Origin: a candidate division WOR-3 bacterium
GTDB taxonomy: Bacteria > Hydrothermota > UBA3072
Direction of reading: 5' to 3'
DNA length: 64,000 nucleotides
Assembly (NCBI GenBank): GCA_039804165.1
Contig: JBDRZZ010000008.1
Location: 448-64,447 of the forward strand
Made by a program: the position numbers and the translations under genes. A model generated the notes under the pieces. It was not told where the DNA came from, did not search any database, and was given only the letters and a program-made list of their open reading frames with translations. Below are positions 55,210 through 63,702 of this stretch, in pieces; positions within the stretch are counted from its first letter, which is position 1; each line of letters opens with the position of its first letter.

Positions 55210-56817
55210 ATGCACAAACGAGGTCCAAAAGAGGAACCTCGGGTGGTTTTCCCTTTTTTTGGAAAATCTAAAGAAATAGAAATTGGAAAAACTCTTCTCC
55301 ATTATGCCCAAGAATTAAATATTCCAATAAATGCAGGATGCGGTGGTTTAGGGATTTGTAAGGAATGTAGAGTGAGAATAGAAAAAGGGGGAGAATCCTT
55401 AAGTAAAAAGACAAAGTTAGAAGAAGAGTTAGATGAGAAAGAGAGATTAGCTTGTCAGGCAATTGTTGAAAATAAAAAAAGCGATCTTTTTGTAGAGGTT
55501 CTTTTTCCTGGTTTTGTAGATAAAATTCTTACAGGAGGGAAAAGAAGAAAACTTCAAATAGATCCATTACCTAAAAGGAGAGGAAATAAAGTTTTTTTGG
55601 ATGGAGAAGAAATTGGAAATTATCAGGATGGATTATTTGGGATAGCTGCAGATATTGGAACAACAACCGTTGTTTTACATTTAATAAATCTTGAGAAAGG
55701 AAATATTGTTTATACTTCTGCTTTTGAGAATCCGCAAAAGAAGATCGATGGGAACAATGTTATAAGTAGAATAAAATTCGATTCAGAATATCCTGGAAAA
55801 CTTCAGTTTGTTCTTATCTCAAAGATAAATGAAGAGATAAATAGAATGCCAGTCAGGAAAGAAAGTATTTATGATTTTGTTGTTGTGGGGAATAGCACAA
55901 TGAGAGATTTGTTTTTTGGCCTGCAGGTTCAAAGTCTTGGAGTTAGCCCTTATAAGTCTATTACAGAGAAAGAAGGGAAGAAAACTTCTATTAAAGTAAA
56001 AGGGGAAACCTTGAATCTTCATATTAATAAAAATGCTATAGTTTATTCTCCCCCTTTAATTGGCTCTCATCTTGGTTCTGATGCTCTTAGTGTTTGTCTT
56101 TCTTGTGGTTTATTTGAGGAAGATAAAAAAAATATAATGTGTATAGATATTGGAACCAATACGGAAATAATTTTGAAGACTGAGGAAGGTATTTTTGCAA
56201 CTTCTTGTGCTGCAGGATCTGCTTTAGAGCCAATGCCTGCTCTTCCTGGTGCAATTTACAGATTCGGAATGACTAATGGTGTTTTTACCTGGGAAACAAT
56301 CGGAGAAGTAGAGCCGATAGGTATTTGTGGCTCTGGAATAATTGATATTTTAGGATGTTTGATTAAAAATGGACTGATGGATGAGAATGGGTATTTAACA
56401 AAAGGGAAGATTTTTAAAATAACAGATAAAATAAAGATTACCCAATCAGATATAAAAGGAGAAAAAGGACTTCTTTGGAGTAAAGCAGCAATATCTCTTG
56501 GGATAAGAGTTCTTTTAGAAGAAGCAAGGATTTCTTTAGATGATTTGGATAAAGTGTATCTTGCAGGGTCCTTTGGGAGTTTTATTGATAAAGAAAATGC
56601 AAAGATTATTGGTCTTATTCCAGATATTTCTTCAAAGAAGATAGTTCAGGTAGGTAATGCAGCTGCCTTAGGTGCAGAGGAGATGTTGCTATCTTGTGAG
56701 AAAAGAGAAATAGTTGAGGATTGGGCGAGTAAAATAAAGAAAATATTTTTAGAGGAAATTCCTGATTATGGGGAGAGACTAATCTTATTCGAACAAAAAT
56801 TTAAAAGATTGAGATGA
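55210..56817 (+). CDS. RACo-type corrinoid activation/regeneration protein (2Fe-2S ferredoxin domain plus ASKHA/DUF4445 ATPase)
   Basis: The plant-type ferredoxin Cys pattern is 'CGGLGICKEC...LACQ'. ASKHA phosphate motifs 'GIAADIGTTTVVLHL' and 'CIDIGTNTEIIL' and a later 'GSFG' are present. It is 535 aa. Confidence 0.7.
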   Translation: MHKRGPKEEPRVVFPFFGKSKEIEIGKTLLHYAQELNIPINAGCGGLGICKECRVRIEKGGESLSKKTKLEEELDEKERLACQAIVENKKSDLFVEVLFPGFVDKILTGGKRRKLQIDPLPKRRGNKVFLDGEEIGNYQDGLFGIAADIGTTTVVLHLINLEKGNIVYTSAFENPQKKIDGNNVISRIKFDSEYPGKLQFVLISKINEEINRMPVRKESIYDFVVVGNSTMRDLFFGLQVQSLGVSPYKSITEKEGKKTSIKVKGETLNLHINKNAIVYSPPLIGSHLGSDALSVCLSCGLFEEDKKNIMCIDIGTNTEIILKTEEGIFATSCAAGSALEPMPALPGAIYRFGMTNGVFTWETIGEVEPIGICGSGIIDILGCLIKNGLMDENGYLTKGKIFKITDKIKITQSDIKGEKGLLWSKAAISLGIRVLLEEARISLDDLDKVYLAGSFGSFIDKENAKIIGLIPDISSKKIVQVGNAAALGAEEMLLSCEKREIVEDWASKIKKIFLEEIPDYGERLILFEQKFKRLR

Positions 56818-57734
56818 AAAAGGTAAAAGCTTCTGTTATTATTCCTACTTCTGATAGACTTCCGGTTCTAAAGGCTTGCATTTTTGCTCTCTTGAATCAG
56901 ACGGTAGAGGATTTTGAGATTATTCTTATTGATGATGCTTCAAGGGATGGGACAAGAGAATTTATAGAAGACTCTAATTTCTCTAAAGTTAGATATTTCC
57001 GACTTGAGCAAAGGAAAGGACCTTATTATGCTCGAAATTTAGGAATAAAAGAAGCAAAAGGAGAGATAATAATTTTTATTGATTCGGATGTTGTTGTTTT
57101 CCCGGATTTTGTAGAAGATCATTTAGAAATTCATGATAGAAGGGAAGATCTTGTTGTTCAAGGGATGGTTAGACATATTGAAACATTAGATGAGGTCAAT
57201 TTTAATAGATTTTATCTCCCTAATGCTCTTTGCCTTAGAACATTTATTACCCAAAATGTTTCTCTAAGAAGGAAATATCTTATAGCCGTAGGTGGTTTTG
57301 AATTATTTGGCCCTGAGTTAGGTTATAAAGATATAGATTTAGGATTTAGACTAATGGACCTTAGACTTAAGTGGGTTTATGGGATAAGGAAATGCAAGGC
57401 TTTCCATATAGATGGGGAATTATCTTTGGAAAGTCTTAAGGGTATATTTTTGAAGTGGGAGAAGCAAGGAGCTTCTGCGTATTATTTTGTTAAGAAGTGG
57501 GGAAATAGAGGAGAAAAATACGCAAGAACAAAAAAAGCTATTTTATTTTCTAAGTTATTTAATACAAAAAGATGGATAGAGAATGAAAATGTTATTAGGC
57601 TTATTTTGGAAAGCGAAGATAATTTCGGTTTAGTTTCGGCTTTCCTTAGAGGATTAGCTCGTTATCATTATAGGAATAAAGGGATTGAAGAGGCGAGAAA
57701 AAATGAAGGCTTCAGTTATAGTAGTGACATTTAA
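56814..57734 (+). CDS. Family 2 glycosyltransferase
   Basis: 'SVIIPTSDRLPVLKACIFALLNQTVEDFEIILIDDASRDGT' and the 'FIDSD' DxD region. ATGA overlap with the RACo-like gene. Confidence 0.8.
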   Translation: MKKVKASVIIPTSDRLPVLKACIFALLNQTVEDFEIILIDDASRDGTREFIEDSNFSKVRYFRLEQRKGPYYARNLGIKEAKGEIIIFIDSDVVVFPDFVEDHLEIHDRREDLVVQGMVRHIETLDEVNFNRFYLPNALCLRTFITQNVSLRRKYLIAVGGFELFGPELGYKDIDLGFRLMDLRLKWVYGIRKCKAFHIDGELSLESLKGIFLKWEKQGASAYYFVKKWGNRGEKYARTKKAILFSKLFNTKRWIENENVIRLILESEDNFGLVSAFLRGLARYHYRNKGIEEARKNEGFSYSSDI

Positions 57735-58602
57735 TAGGGCTCCTATTTTGGTTCATTGTATAGATAAACTATTGAACCAATCGGTGGATGATTATGAAGT
57801 TATAGTTGTTGATGATGGTTCTACAGATGGAACAGAAGATTTGATAAAGAAAATTGATGATAAGAGAGTTTTATATCTTAAAAATGAAAAAAATATGGGG
57901 CAGCCCTTTTCCAGAAATAGAGGAATAAAAATTGCAAATGGAGAGGTAATTATATTTGTGGATTCGGATGTATTAGTTCATAAAAATTTTGTAGAGGACC
58001 ATTTGAAAATTCATGAAAGAAACGATAAATTGATTGTTCAAGGTTTAGTTAGACATATAAGAGATATAAAAGATTATAATAAAATGAATCTTAAAATTGA
58101 TGGTCTTTGCCTTAGTGGACTTGTTACCCAAAATGTTTCTGTTAGAAGAAAATGGCTTTTAGAAGTTGGAGGCCTTGACGAGTCTTTTGGAACCATTATG
58201 GGGTATGAGGATATAGAGTTGGGCAGGCGCCTTAAAGGGATTGGTCTTAAAACTGTTTATTCTTGGAGAAGGTGTCTTGCTTGGCATATGGATGGCAGAG
58301 AAACAGATGAACGTTTAGAGAGCGTTTTTAATAAAGCTTTTATGTTTGGTAGAAATGCAGTTAAATTTTCAAGAATGTATGGTAAGAAAGTGGCAATGAG
58401 ACATTTAAAGAAAAATTATGTTTTTTTTATAAATAAGATTCTTGGAACAGAATATTGGGTGGAGAAAAAGGGCCTTAATTATCTTAAGACGCACAAAAAT
58501 GGTTTTTCTTATCCAATTCTAAAATGGATTATAAAATATTATTACAGAGGAAAAGGAATTAAAGAGGCTTTGAAAGAGGAAGGAAGTATTTATGATTATT
58601 AA
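57703..58602 (+). CDS. Family 2 glycosyltransferase, tandem paralogue of the previous gene
   Basis: I prefer the ATG at 57703 over the TTG at 57685. 'SVIVVTFNRAPILVHCIDKLLNQSVDDYEVIVVDDGSTDGT' and 'FVDSD' are present. It is collinear with the upstream GT2, including the C-terminal 'YYRGKGIKEA' versus 'HYRNKGIEEA'. Confidence 0.8.
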   Translation: MKASVIVVTFNRAPILVHCIDKLLNQSVDDYEVIVVDDGSTDGTEDLIKKIDDKRVLYLKNEKNMGQPFSRNRGIKIANGEVIIFVDSDVLVHKNFVEDHLKIHERNDKLIVQGLVRHIRDIKDYNKMNLKIDGLCLSGLVTQNVSVRRKWLLEVGGLDESFGTIMGYEDIELGRRLKGIGLKTVYSWRRCLAWHMDGRETDERLESVFNKAFMFGRNAVKFSRMYGKKVAMRHLKKNYVFFINKILGTEYWVEKKGLNYLKTHKNGFSYPILKWIIKYYYRGKGIKEALKEEGSIYDY

Positions 58603-60997
58603 AAAATTTCTTAGAATTTTTATTTCACCTAAAACCTCATTTCTTCTTGTATTTTTTCTTATTCTGAGTGTTATAATTGGCACATTAATTGATAGGAATT
58701 ATGGAAAGTCTACTGCAGAAGTTCTTGTTTATAATTCTAAATGGTTTACAATTCTTTGGTCTTTCTTCGCTATTACTCTTTTGACAAATCTTATTTATTT
58801 TAGGTTATGGAAGAAAAAGGCTATCTTTTTTTTCCATCTTGCAATTTTGATTATTCTATTAGGTTATGGAGTTACTCGGTTTTCAAGCGTGGAAGGTTTT
58901 CTTCATCTTAGGGAAGGAGAGGGGGGAAATGAGTTTTTCTCTCCCCATCCTTATTTGTGGATTAAGGTGAGTGATGATAATTTTTCTATGAATAAAGAAT
59001 GTCCGATTTATGATATTTTGGGGGAAGGATGGGAAAGAAAAATCGATGCTGGGGATTATCCTATTTATCTTAAGATTGAAAATTATATCCCAAATGCAAG
59101 AAAGGCAATTGTGGAAGATTCTACCGGAGAACCTCTCTTAGAAATTGTTGTTTTTACTCCTCATTTTTCTACTTCTTGGATTTTAGAGAAAGGAGAAAAG
59201 GATTCTTTATTTGGCATTAATTTTGGTTTTGAAGCTCAGTTTAAAGGAAAAGATCCTTTTATTAATTTTGAAGAAAAAAAAGAAAGAATATGTTTTTTCG
59301 CAAATCGCCCTATTAAAATGGAAGATAAAGCTGGGCAGAGATATAATCCTTTTATTTATGTGGAACTGGAAAGTTTAAAAATTTATACAATTGATACAGT
59401 TTCTTTTATGTTAACCAAATATCAGCCAAAAGGAAGAATTAAAGCCATTCCTATGGAAATCTTTGAAGAAAATTTAAAACGCATTGAGGCAATTAATGTG
59501 ATTGTAAAAAAGGGAATTTTCCATAGCTCATTTTCATTATTCTTGGAAGATAAAGACAAGTCTAACTCAAAAGTATTTGATTTTAATGGACTTAAGATGA
59601 ATTTGAAATTTGGGCAGAAATCATTTTTTTTGCCTTTTACATTACGTTTGGTAGATTTTAAAATCAAGCGATACGAAGGTAGAGAGGAGCCATCTCAGTT
59701 TCAAAGCGAGCTGGTAATAGAGGAGCCTTATCTTAAAAAAGGGAAGTATTATTCAATTTGGTTGAATCATCCGCTTTTTTATAGGGGCTATCATGTATAT
59801 CAACACTCTTTTGATAAGGATGAGAAAGGCTCTACTTTTTTTGTTGTAAAAGATCCTGGAACTCCTATTGCATATTTCGGCTTTTTCCTACTTATTGTAA
59901 CAATGATTTTTATAGCTTTTAGCCCTAAAGGAAGAATTAGGGAACTTAAAAGAGGACTTGAGAACTCTTTTTTATCCTTTTTATTTCTTAATTTTTGTTT
60001 TAATCTTTCTTCCTGGAATGTAAAAATTGAGAATTTTTATTATCGTATTAATATTTTTGAAAAATTAGGGGAGTATTTTTTAGTTATTATAGGACTTTTT
60101 CTGTTAATGAATTTGTTTTTAAGGATTTTAAAGGTTCGCTTTAAAAAAACATTTTCTTTTGTAGATAAATTTCTTAATTTTGGAATATTTGTTGGATTTT
60201 TGGGATTAAGTTTTGGTTTAGCTATTAGGTGGTTTTTGTCTGGTTATCCGCCATTGAGTAATAAATATGAAACTATGATTTTCGTCTCTTGGGCTATTCT
60301 TTTAGCTGGAATTTTACTCTCTTTTAATTCTCGTTTACCAATTCTTTTTGGAGGAACCTTCTCCGGGGTTTTGTTAATCCTTGCTCATTTATCCTCAAGC
60401 TATAAAATTAACCCTCTATCTCCTATTTTGAAGTCAAAGTGGTTAATTTTTCATGTTGGCATTGCAATAACTAGTTATGGGTTCTTTTTTATAGGAACCG
60501 GAATGGCAATTTTTACTCTTTTAGTGTTGGGGCTTTCAATCTCTAAAAGAGAAAATCAACTTCTTTTTAAGACTTTGAAGTGGAGTAAAATTATAGAACA
60601 AGCGCTTTGGATTGGTCTTTTCCTTATTATTTTAGGAACAATATTTGGAGCAATATGGGCAAATGAAAGTTGGGGGAAATATTGGGATTGGGACCCAAAA
60701 GAAGCTTGGACATTAGTTGTGATTCTTAGCTATACTCTTCTTCTTCATCTTCGTGTTATTTTCCCTTCTAATTGGAGATATTGGCTGATTGTAAGTTCAA
60801 TACTTTGTTTTGGGAACTTGCTTATGACGTATTTTGGGGTAAATTTATTTTACTCAGGGAAACATTCATACATAAATGGAGGGTTTACTAAATTTCCCAT
60901 AGGAATAATTCTATTTTTAGGAATTTGGTTCTTATTATCAATTCTTGCGTATCGAAATAAAGATATATTAAATCCGGAGGGCAAAAGTCGCTTCTAA
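58592..60997 (+). CDS. ccsBA: Fused system II cytochrome c synthase CcsBA (ResB-like N-half plus CcsA/ResC-like C-half)
   Basis: 801 aa. The N-terminal half is ResB-like with TM segments and a large loop. The C-terminal half is multi-TM with the WWD motif 'WANESWGKYWDWDPKEAWTLV'. Confidence 0.8.
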   Translation: MIIKKFLRIFISPKTSFLLVFFLILSVIIGTLIDRNYGKSTAEVLVYNSKWFTILWSFFAITLLTNLIYFRLWKKKAIFFFHLAILIILLGYGVTRFSSVEGFLHLREGEGGNEFFSPHPYLWIKVSDDNFSMNKECPIYDILGEGWERKIDAGDYPIYLKIENYIPNARKAIVEDSTGEPLLEIVVFTPHFSTSWILEKGEKDSLFGINFGFEAQFKGKDPFINFEEKKERICFFANRPIKMEDKAGQRYNPFIYVELESLKIYTIDTVSFMLTKYQPKGRIKAIPMEIFEENLKRIEAINVIVKKGIFHSSFSLFLEDKDKSNSKVFDFNGLKMNLKFGQKSFFLPFTLRLVDFKIKRYEGREEPSQFQSELVIEEPYLKKGKYYSIWLNHPLFYRGYHVYQHSFDKDEKGSTFFVVKDPGTPIAYFGFFLLIVTMIFIAFSPKGRIRELKRGLENSFLSFLFLNFCFNLSSWNVKIENFYYRINIFEKLGEYFLVIIGLFLLMNLFLRILKVRFKKTFSFVDKFLNFGIFVGFLGLSFGLAIRWFLSGYPPLSNKYETMIFVSWAILLAGILLSFNSRLPILFGGTFSGVLLILAHLSSSYKINPLSPILKSKWLIFHVGIAITSYGFFFIGTGMAIFTLLVLGLSISKRENQLLFKTLKWSKIIEQALWIGLFLIILGTIFGAIWANESWGKYWDWDPKEAWTLVVILSYTLLLHLRVIFPSNWRYWLIVSSILCFGNLLMTYFGVNLFYSGKHSYINGGFTKFPIGIILFLGIWFLLSILAYRNKDILNPEGKSRF

Positions 60998-62155
60998 TTC
61001 AAATAGAAGTTCTTCCCTACATACATCAGCTATCAAATATAAAGCGGGAATATCAGAAAGGCCTAAGGATTTTGAAATTTCTTGATAAATTGGGAAGTCA
61101 CTTTCTCTCTTAATAAATATTGTAGCTTCGCAGAGGTCTTTTATGGAAGCTCCTTCTAAACTGATAAGAGATTTTACTACTTCTATTGTATGTTTTACTT
61201 GGGATGGGAAATCCCCAAGGTGAATACTTTCTCCTTTCTCGTTTATAGAAGCAGTTCCTGAGACAAAAATCCATTTTACTTCTGGCTCTACTACACAGGT
61301 AGCTCGCGCAAAAGCCGAACCGTATTTATAGGGCGGACATTGTAAAGTCCCTGGAAGTGGACGAATTTGAATTTTAGAACCGGCTTTCGGAGAGACTGCG
61401 AGGAGGTCCATAATTGTGGAAGCTCCTTTTGGATTTTTCCCACCAATTCCTGTACTTGCAGGTAAGGGAAATTCTTCTATTATATTAAGTTTTTCTTCTT
61501 TTGGAATTAATCCAAACTCTTTATAACAAGTATTTCTTGCTAAATTGAATTCGTTATACCAGTCTAAGATTTTATCTACATAAATCCAAGTTCTAACCAC
61601 ATCTCGGTAAGAAGCTCCTTTAGATTTTAAAAGGGCTTCCGCTTTCCGAAACATATTTTCTGCTTGCTTTTGATAAAATTTTTTGTTTTTTAGATTTTTC
61701 CCCTCTATACTTTGAAGCTGTATATAAATAGCTCCATTTCTATTCCAGATTCTACCTATAGGAAGATTCCCCTTTTTAAATATTTCTATCTTTTCTTCCG
61801 GAATAGTTGGAGAAAAAGAACGAATTTGAATTCCTGAAAAGGGACTGTCAAAGCAAGATTTTCCTTCGATGTAAGTTATAATTCCTGCATCCAAAGGTTT
61901 TTTAATTTTCATTTTTTTATTTCGGATTTTAAGTATTTTTTTGTAAAATTCTATATTTCCAAAAATTCTTTCATGAATAATCTCTGATTTTGAATTTGTT
62001 AGAATTTCTGCAATTTTATCGTAAATGGCAGAAGCTATTTTAAGAGGATCTGTATTTTTTTCGGTTACAAGCCCAGTTATACATAAATAGGTATTTTGAA
62101 TTTCGGTAAGGAAAATTTTAAATTCAGGGTATGAGTAAGAGCTTCTTTTGATCAT
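60968..62155 (-). CDS. RidA/YjgF-fold protein, possibly an FkbO/Hyg5/XanB2-type chorismatase
   Basis: The C-terminal domain 'SGTASINEKGESIHLGDFPSQVKHTIEVVKSL...ATIFIKRESDF...ELLFELEATFA' is RidA-like. The central 'YRDVVRTWIYVDKILDWYNEFN' suggests a second YjgF-like unit. Family assignment is tentative. Confidence 0.45.
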   Translation of the reverse strand: MIKRSSYSYPEFKIFLTEIQNTYLCITGLVTEKNTDPLKIASAIYDKIAEILTNSKSEIIHERIFGNIEFYKKILKIRNKKMKIKKPLDAGIITYIEGKSCFDSPFSGIQIRSFSPTIPEEKIEIFKKGNLPIGRIWNRNGAIYIQLQSIEGKNLKNKKFYQKQAENMFRKAEALLKSKGASYRDVVRTWIYVDKILDWYNEFNLARNTCYKEFGLIPKEEKLNIIEEFPLPASTGIGGKNPKGASTIMDLLAVSPKAGSKIQIRPLPGTLQCPPYKYGSAFARATCVVEPEVKWIFVSGTASINEKGESIHLGDFPSQVKHTIEVVKSLISLEGASIKDLCEATIFIKRESDFPIYQEISKSLGLSDIPALYLIADVCREELLFELEATFALRI

Positions 62156-62163
62156 AAACTAAT

Positions 62164-63702
62164 CTATTGGGGATGTGGAACCCAGGTAGGTTTTTCTTCT
62201 TCTTTCTTTTGAGTTGGTGTTAATTTTGGATCTAAATTTGCCTGAATTGGCTTTTTATAAGCGGATTTTGCTAAATTCTTCGGTGAGAAACGGACTGGTT
62301 TTTTGATGAATTCAGGCACATTGAAATTTTCTAAACATGTTTCGTAATAAGAAGGATTTTTTTGAGGGAGAATAAATGGCTTTGATACATTTCCCTCTTT
62401 ATCAATGTAGGCAAAATATGGCCTTGAGAATAAGTGGTCCATCCTTTTACTGGAAAAGACAATCCAACGGCTGTTACTTGACCAACTGTGAAAACTTTCT
62501 GTATATTCGGTGTTGAGTTCTAATTTTTTTGTTTCCCCGGAAGAAAGGTTCAAAAGATATAGATCAGAACTAGATAAATAAACAGGGAAATTTCCATATG
62601 CAGAAACTGTGAAAAGCACAAAATTTCCATCAGGGGAAACACGGGGTTGATTGATACTCCCTCCAACTTTAGATGCGGAGAGGACAAGCTCTAATTTACC
62701 CCAAGTTTTTGTCTTTTCTTCGAAAGGAATCCGCATTAAATCGTATTGAATTTTATTATACGCTAGTTCTTTTTGGGATGGATCCTCGTAGGTTTCAAGT
62801 TTAGGAGCACTTGAAAAGTATAAATATTTTCCATCCGCTGACCAGGTAGGCCAGTTTTCCATTCTGTTTTGGTTTGCTATTTGAGAATCGGTTGTTATAG
62901 TGTTTGAAGGGATATCATATATTAGTAAATCTGAGGCTCGGTCTAATACGTCTCTTGGCTCCCCAATGGAGTGGTAAAACAAAAGAAGTTTATTTATTGA
63001 GAATGCAATGAGGTTTCCAGATGGGTGCCAGGCAGGATAGGCTACAGGAGCTTGATTAAATGCAGTTCTTGTATCAATTTTGTATACATCGTTTCCAAGC
63101 ACTAATAACATTGCTGTGCCTGGACCTCTCCTTAAATGCAAAAGCCATTTTTCCGGATTATTACTAAAGAAATTGTGACAGTTAATACAATTTTCTTGAG
63201 TTAATCTATTGATAAGAATGGGAGACTCTTCAAAATTTTCAATACATCTCTGATAGATCCCCATTTTTTTCCAGTAGGTATATAAAGGGCCAAGGCGACG
63301 ATAAGCAATATAAGAGTCAATAGAGTCTAAAGCGATTTGATTTATAATAGGAGAGAAACGAAGCCAATTACCCAAAGAATCTTTTATTGCAATTTCTATT
63401 TTGTAGGAATTTCCTCTATTTAAAGATAGAAAATTCTTCCAGGCTTTCATAGGAATTTTGATAATAGGTGATTTCCTAAAAATTTTAATGGGAGCCCCAT
63501 AAGAACCTTGTATTTCTACCTTATATTGAGTTCCCTTTTCTTCAATTCGGAAATTTAAAGGAGCGATATTTGGGGGAATCGTAATTCCAGAGTAATCCGG
63601 AGAAATTGTTGGTGAACGGGGAACGAGCATTTCAGTTTGGGAAGAAGAGCATCCAACCCAAAAGTTAAAAAAAATTATATAAAACAAAATTGCTTTTTTC
63701 AT
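62164..63702 (-). CDS. Lipoprotein with a single CXXCH motif and a TolB-like (PD40/WD40-like) beta-propeller
   Basis: I prefer the ATG at 63702, giving 'MKKAILFYIIFFNFWVGCSS' (lipobox). 'CINCH' is present. PD40-like repeats include 'WHPSGNLIAFS', 'WSADGKYLYFSS', 'VSPDGNFVLFTV' and 'WSSNSRWIVFSS'. Confidence 0.65.
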   Translation of the reverse strand: MKKAILFYIIFFNFWVGCSSSQTEMLVPRSPTISPDYSGITIPPNIAPLNFRIEEKGTQYKVEIQGSYGAPIKIFRKSPIIKIPMKAWKNFLSLNRGNSYKIEIAIKDSLGNWLRFSPIINQIALDSIDSYIAYRRLGPLYTYWKKMGIYQRCIENFEESPILINRLTQENCINCHNFFSNNPEKWLLHLRRGPGTAMLLVLGNDVYKIDTRTAFNQAPVAYPAWHPSGNLIAFSINKLLLFYHSIGEPRDVLDRASDLLIYDIPSNTITTDSQIANQNRMENWPTWSADGKYLYFSSAPKLETYEDPSQKELAYNKIQYDLMRIPFEEKTKTWGKLELVLSASKVGGSINQPRVSPDGNFVLFTVSAYGNFPVYLSSSDLYLLNLSSGETKKLELNTEYTESFHSWSSNSRWIVFSSKRMDHLFSRPYFAYIDKEGNVSKPFILPQKNPSYYETCLENFNVPEFIKKPVRFSPKNLAKSAYKKPIQANLDPKLTPTQKKEEEKPTWVPHPQ

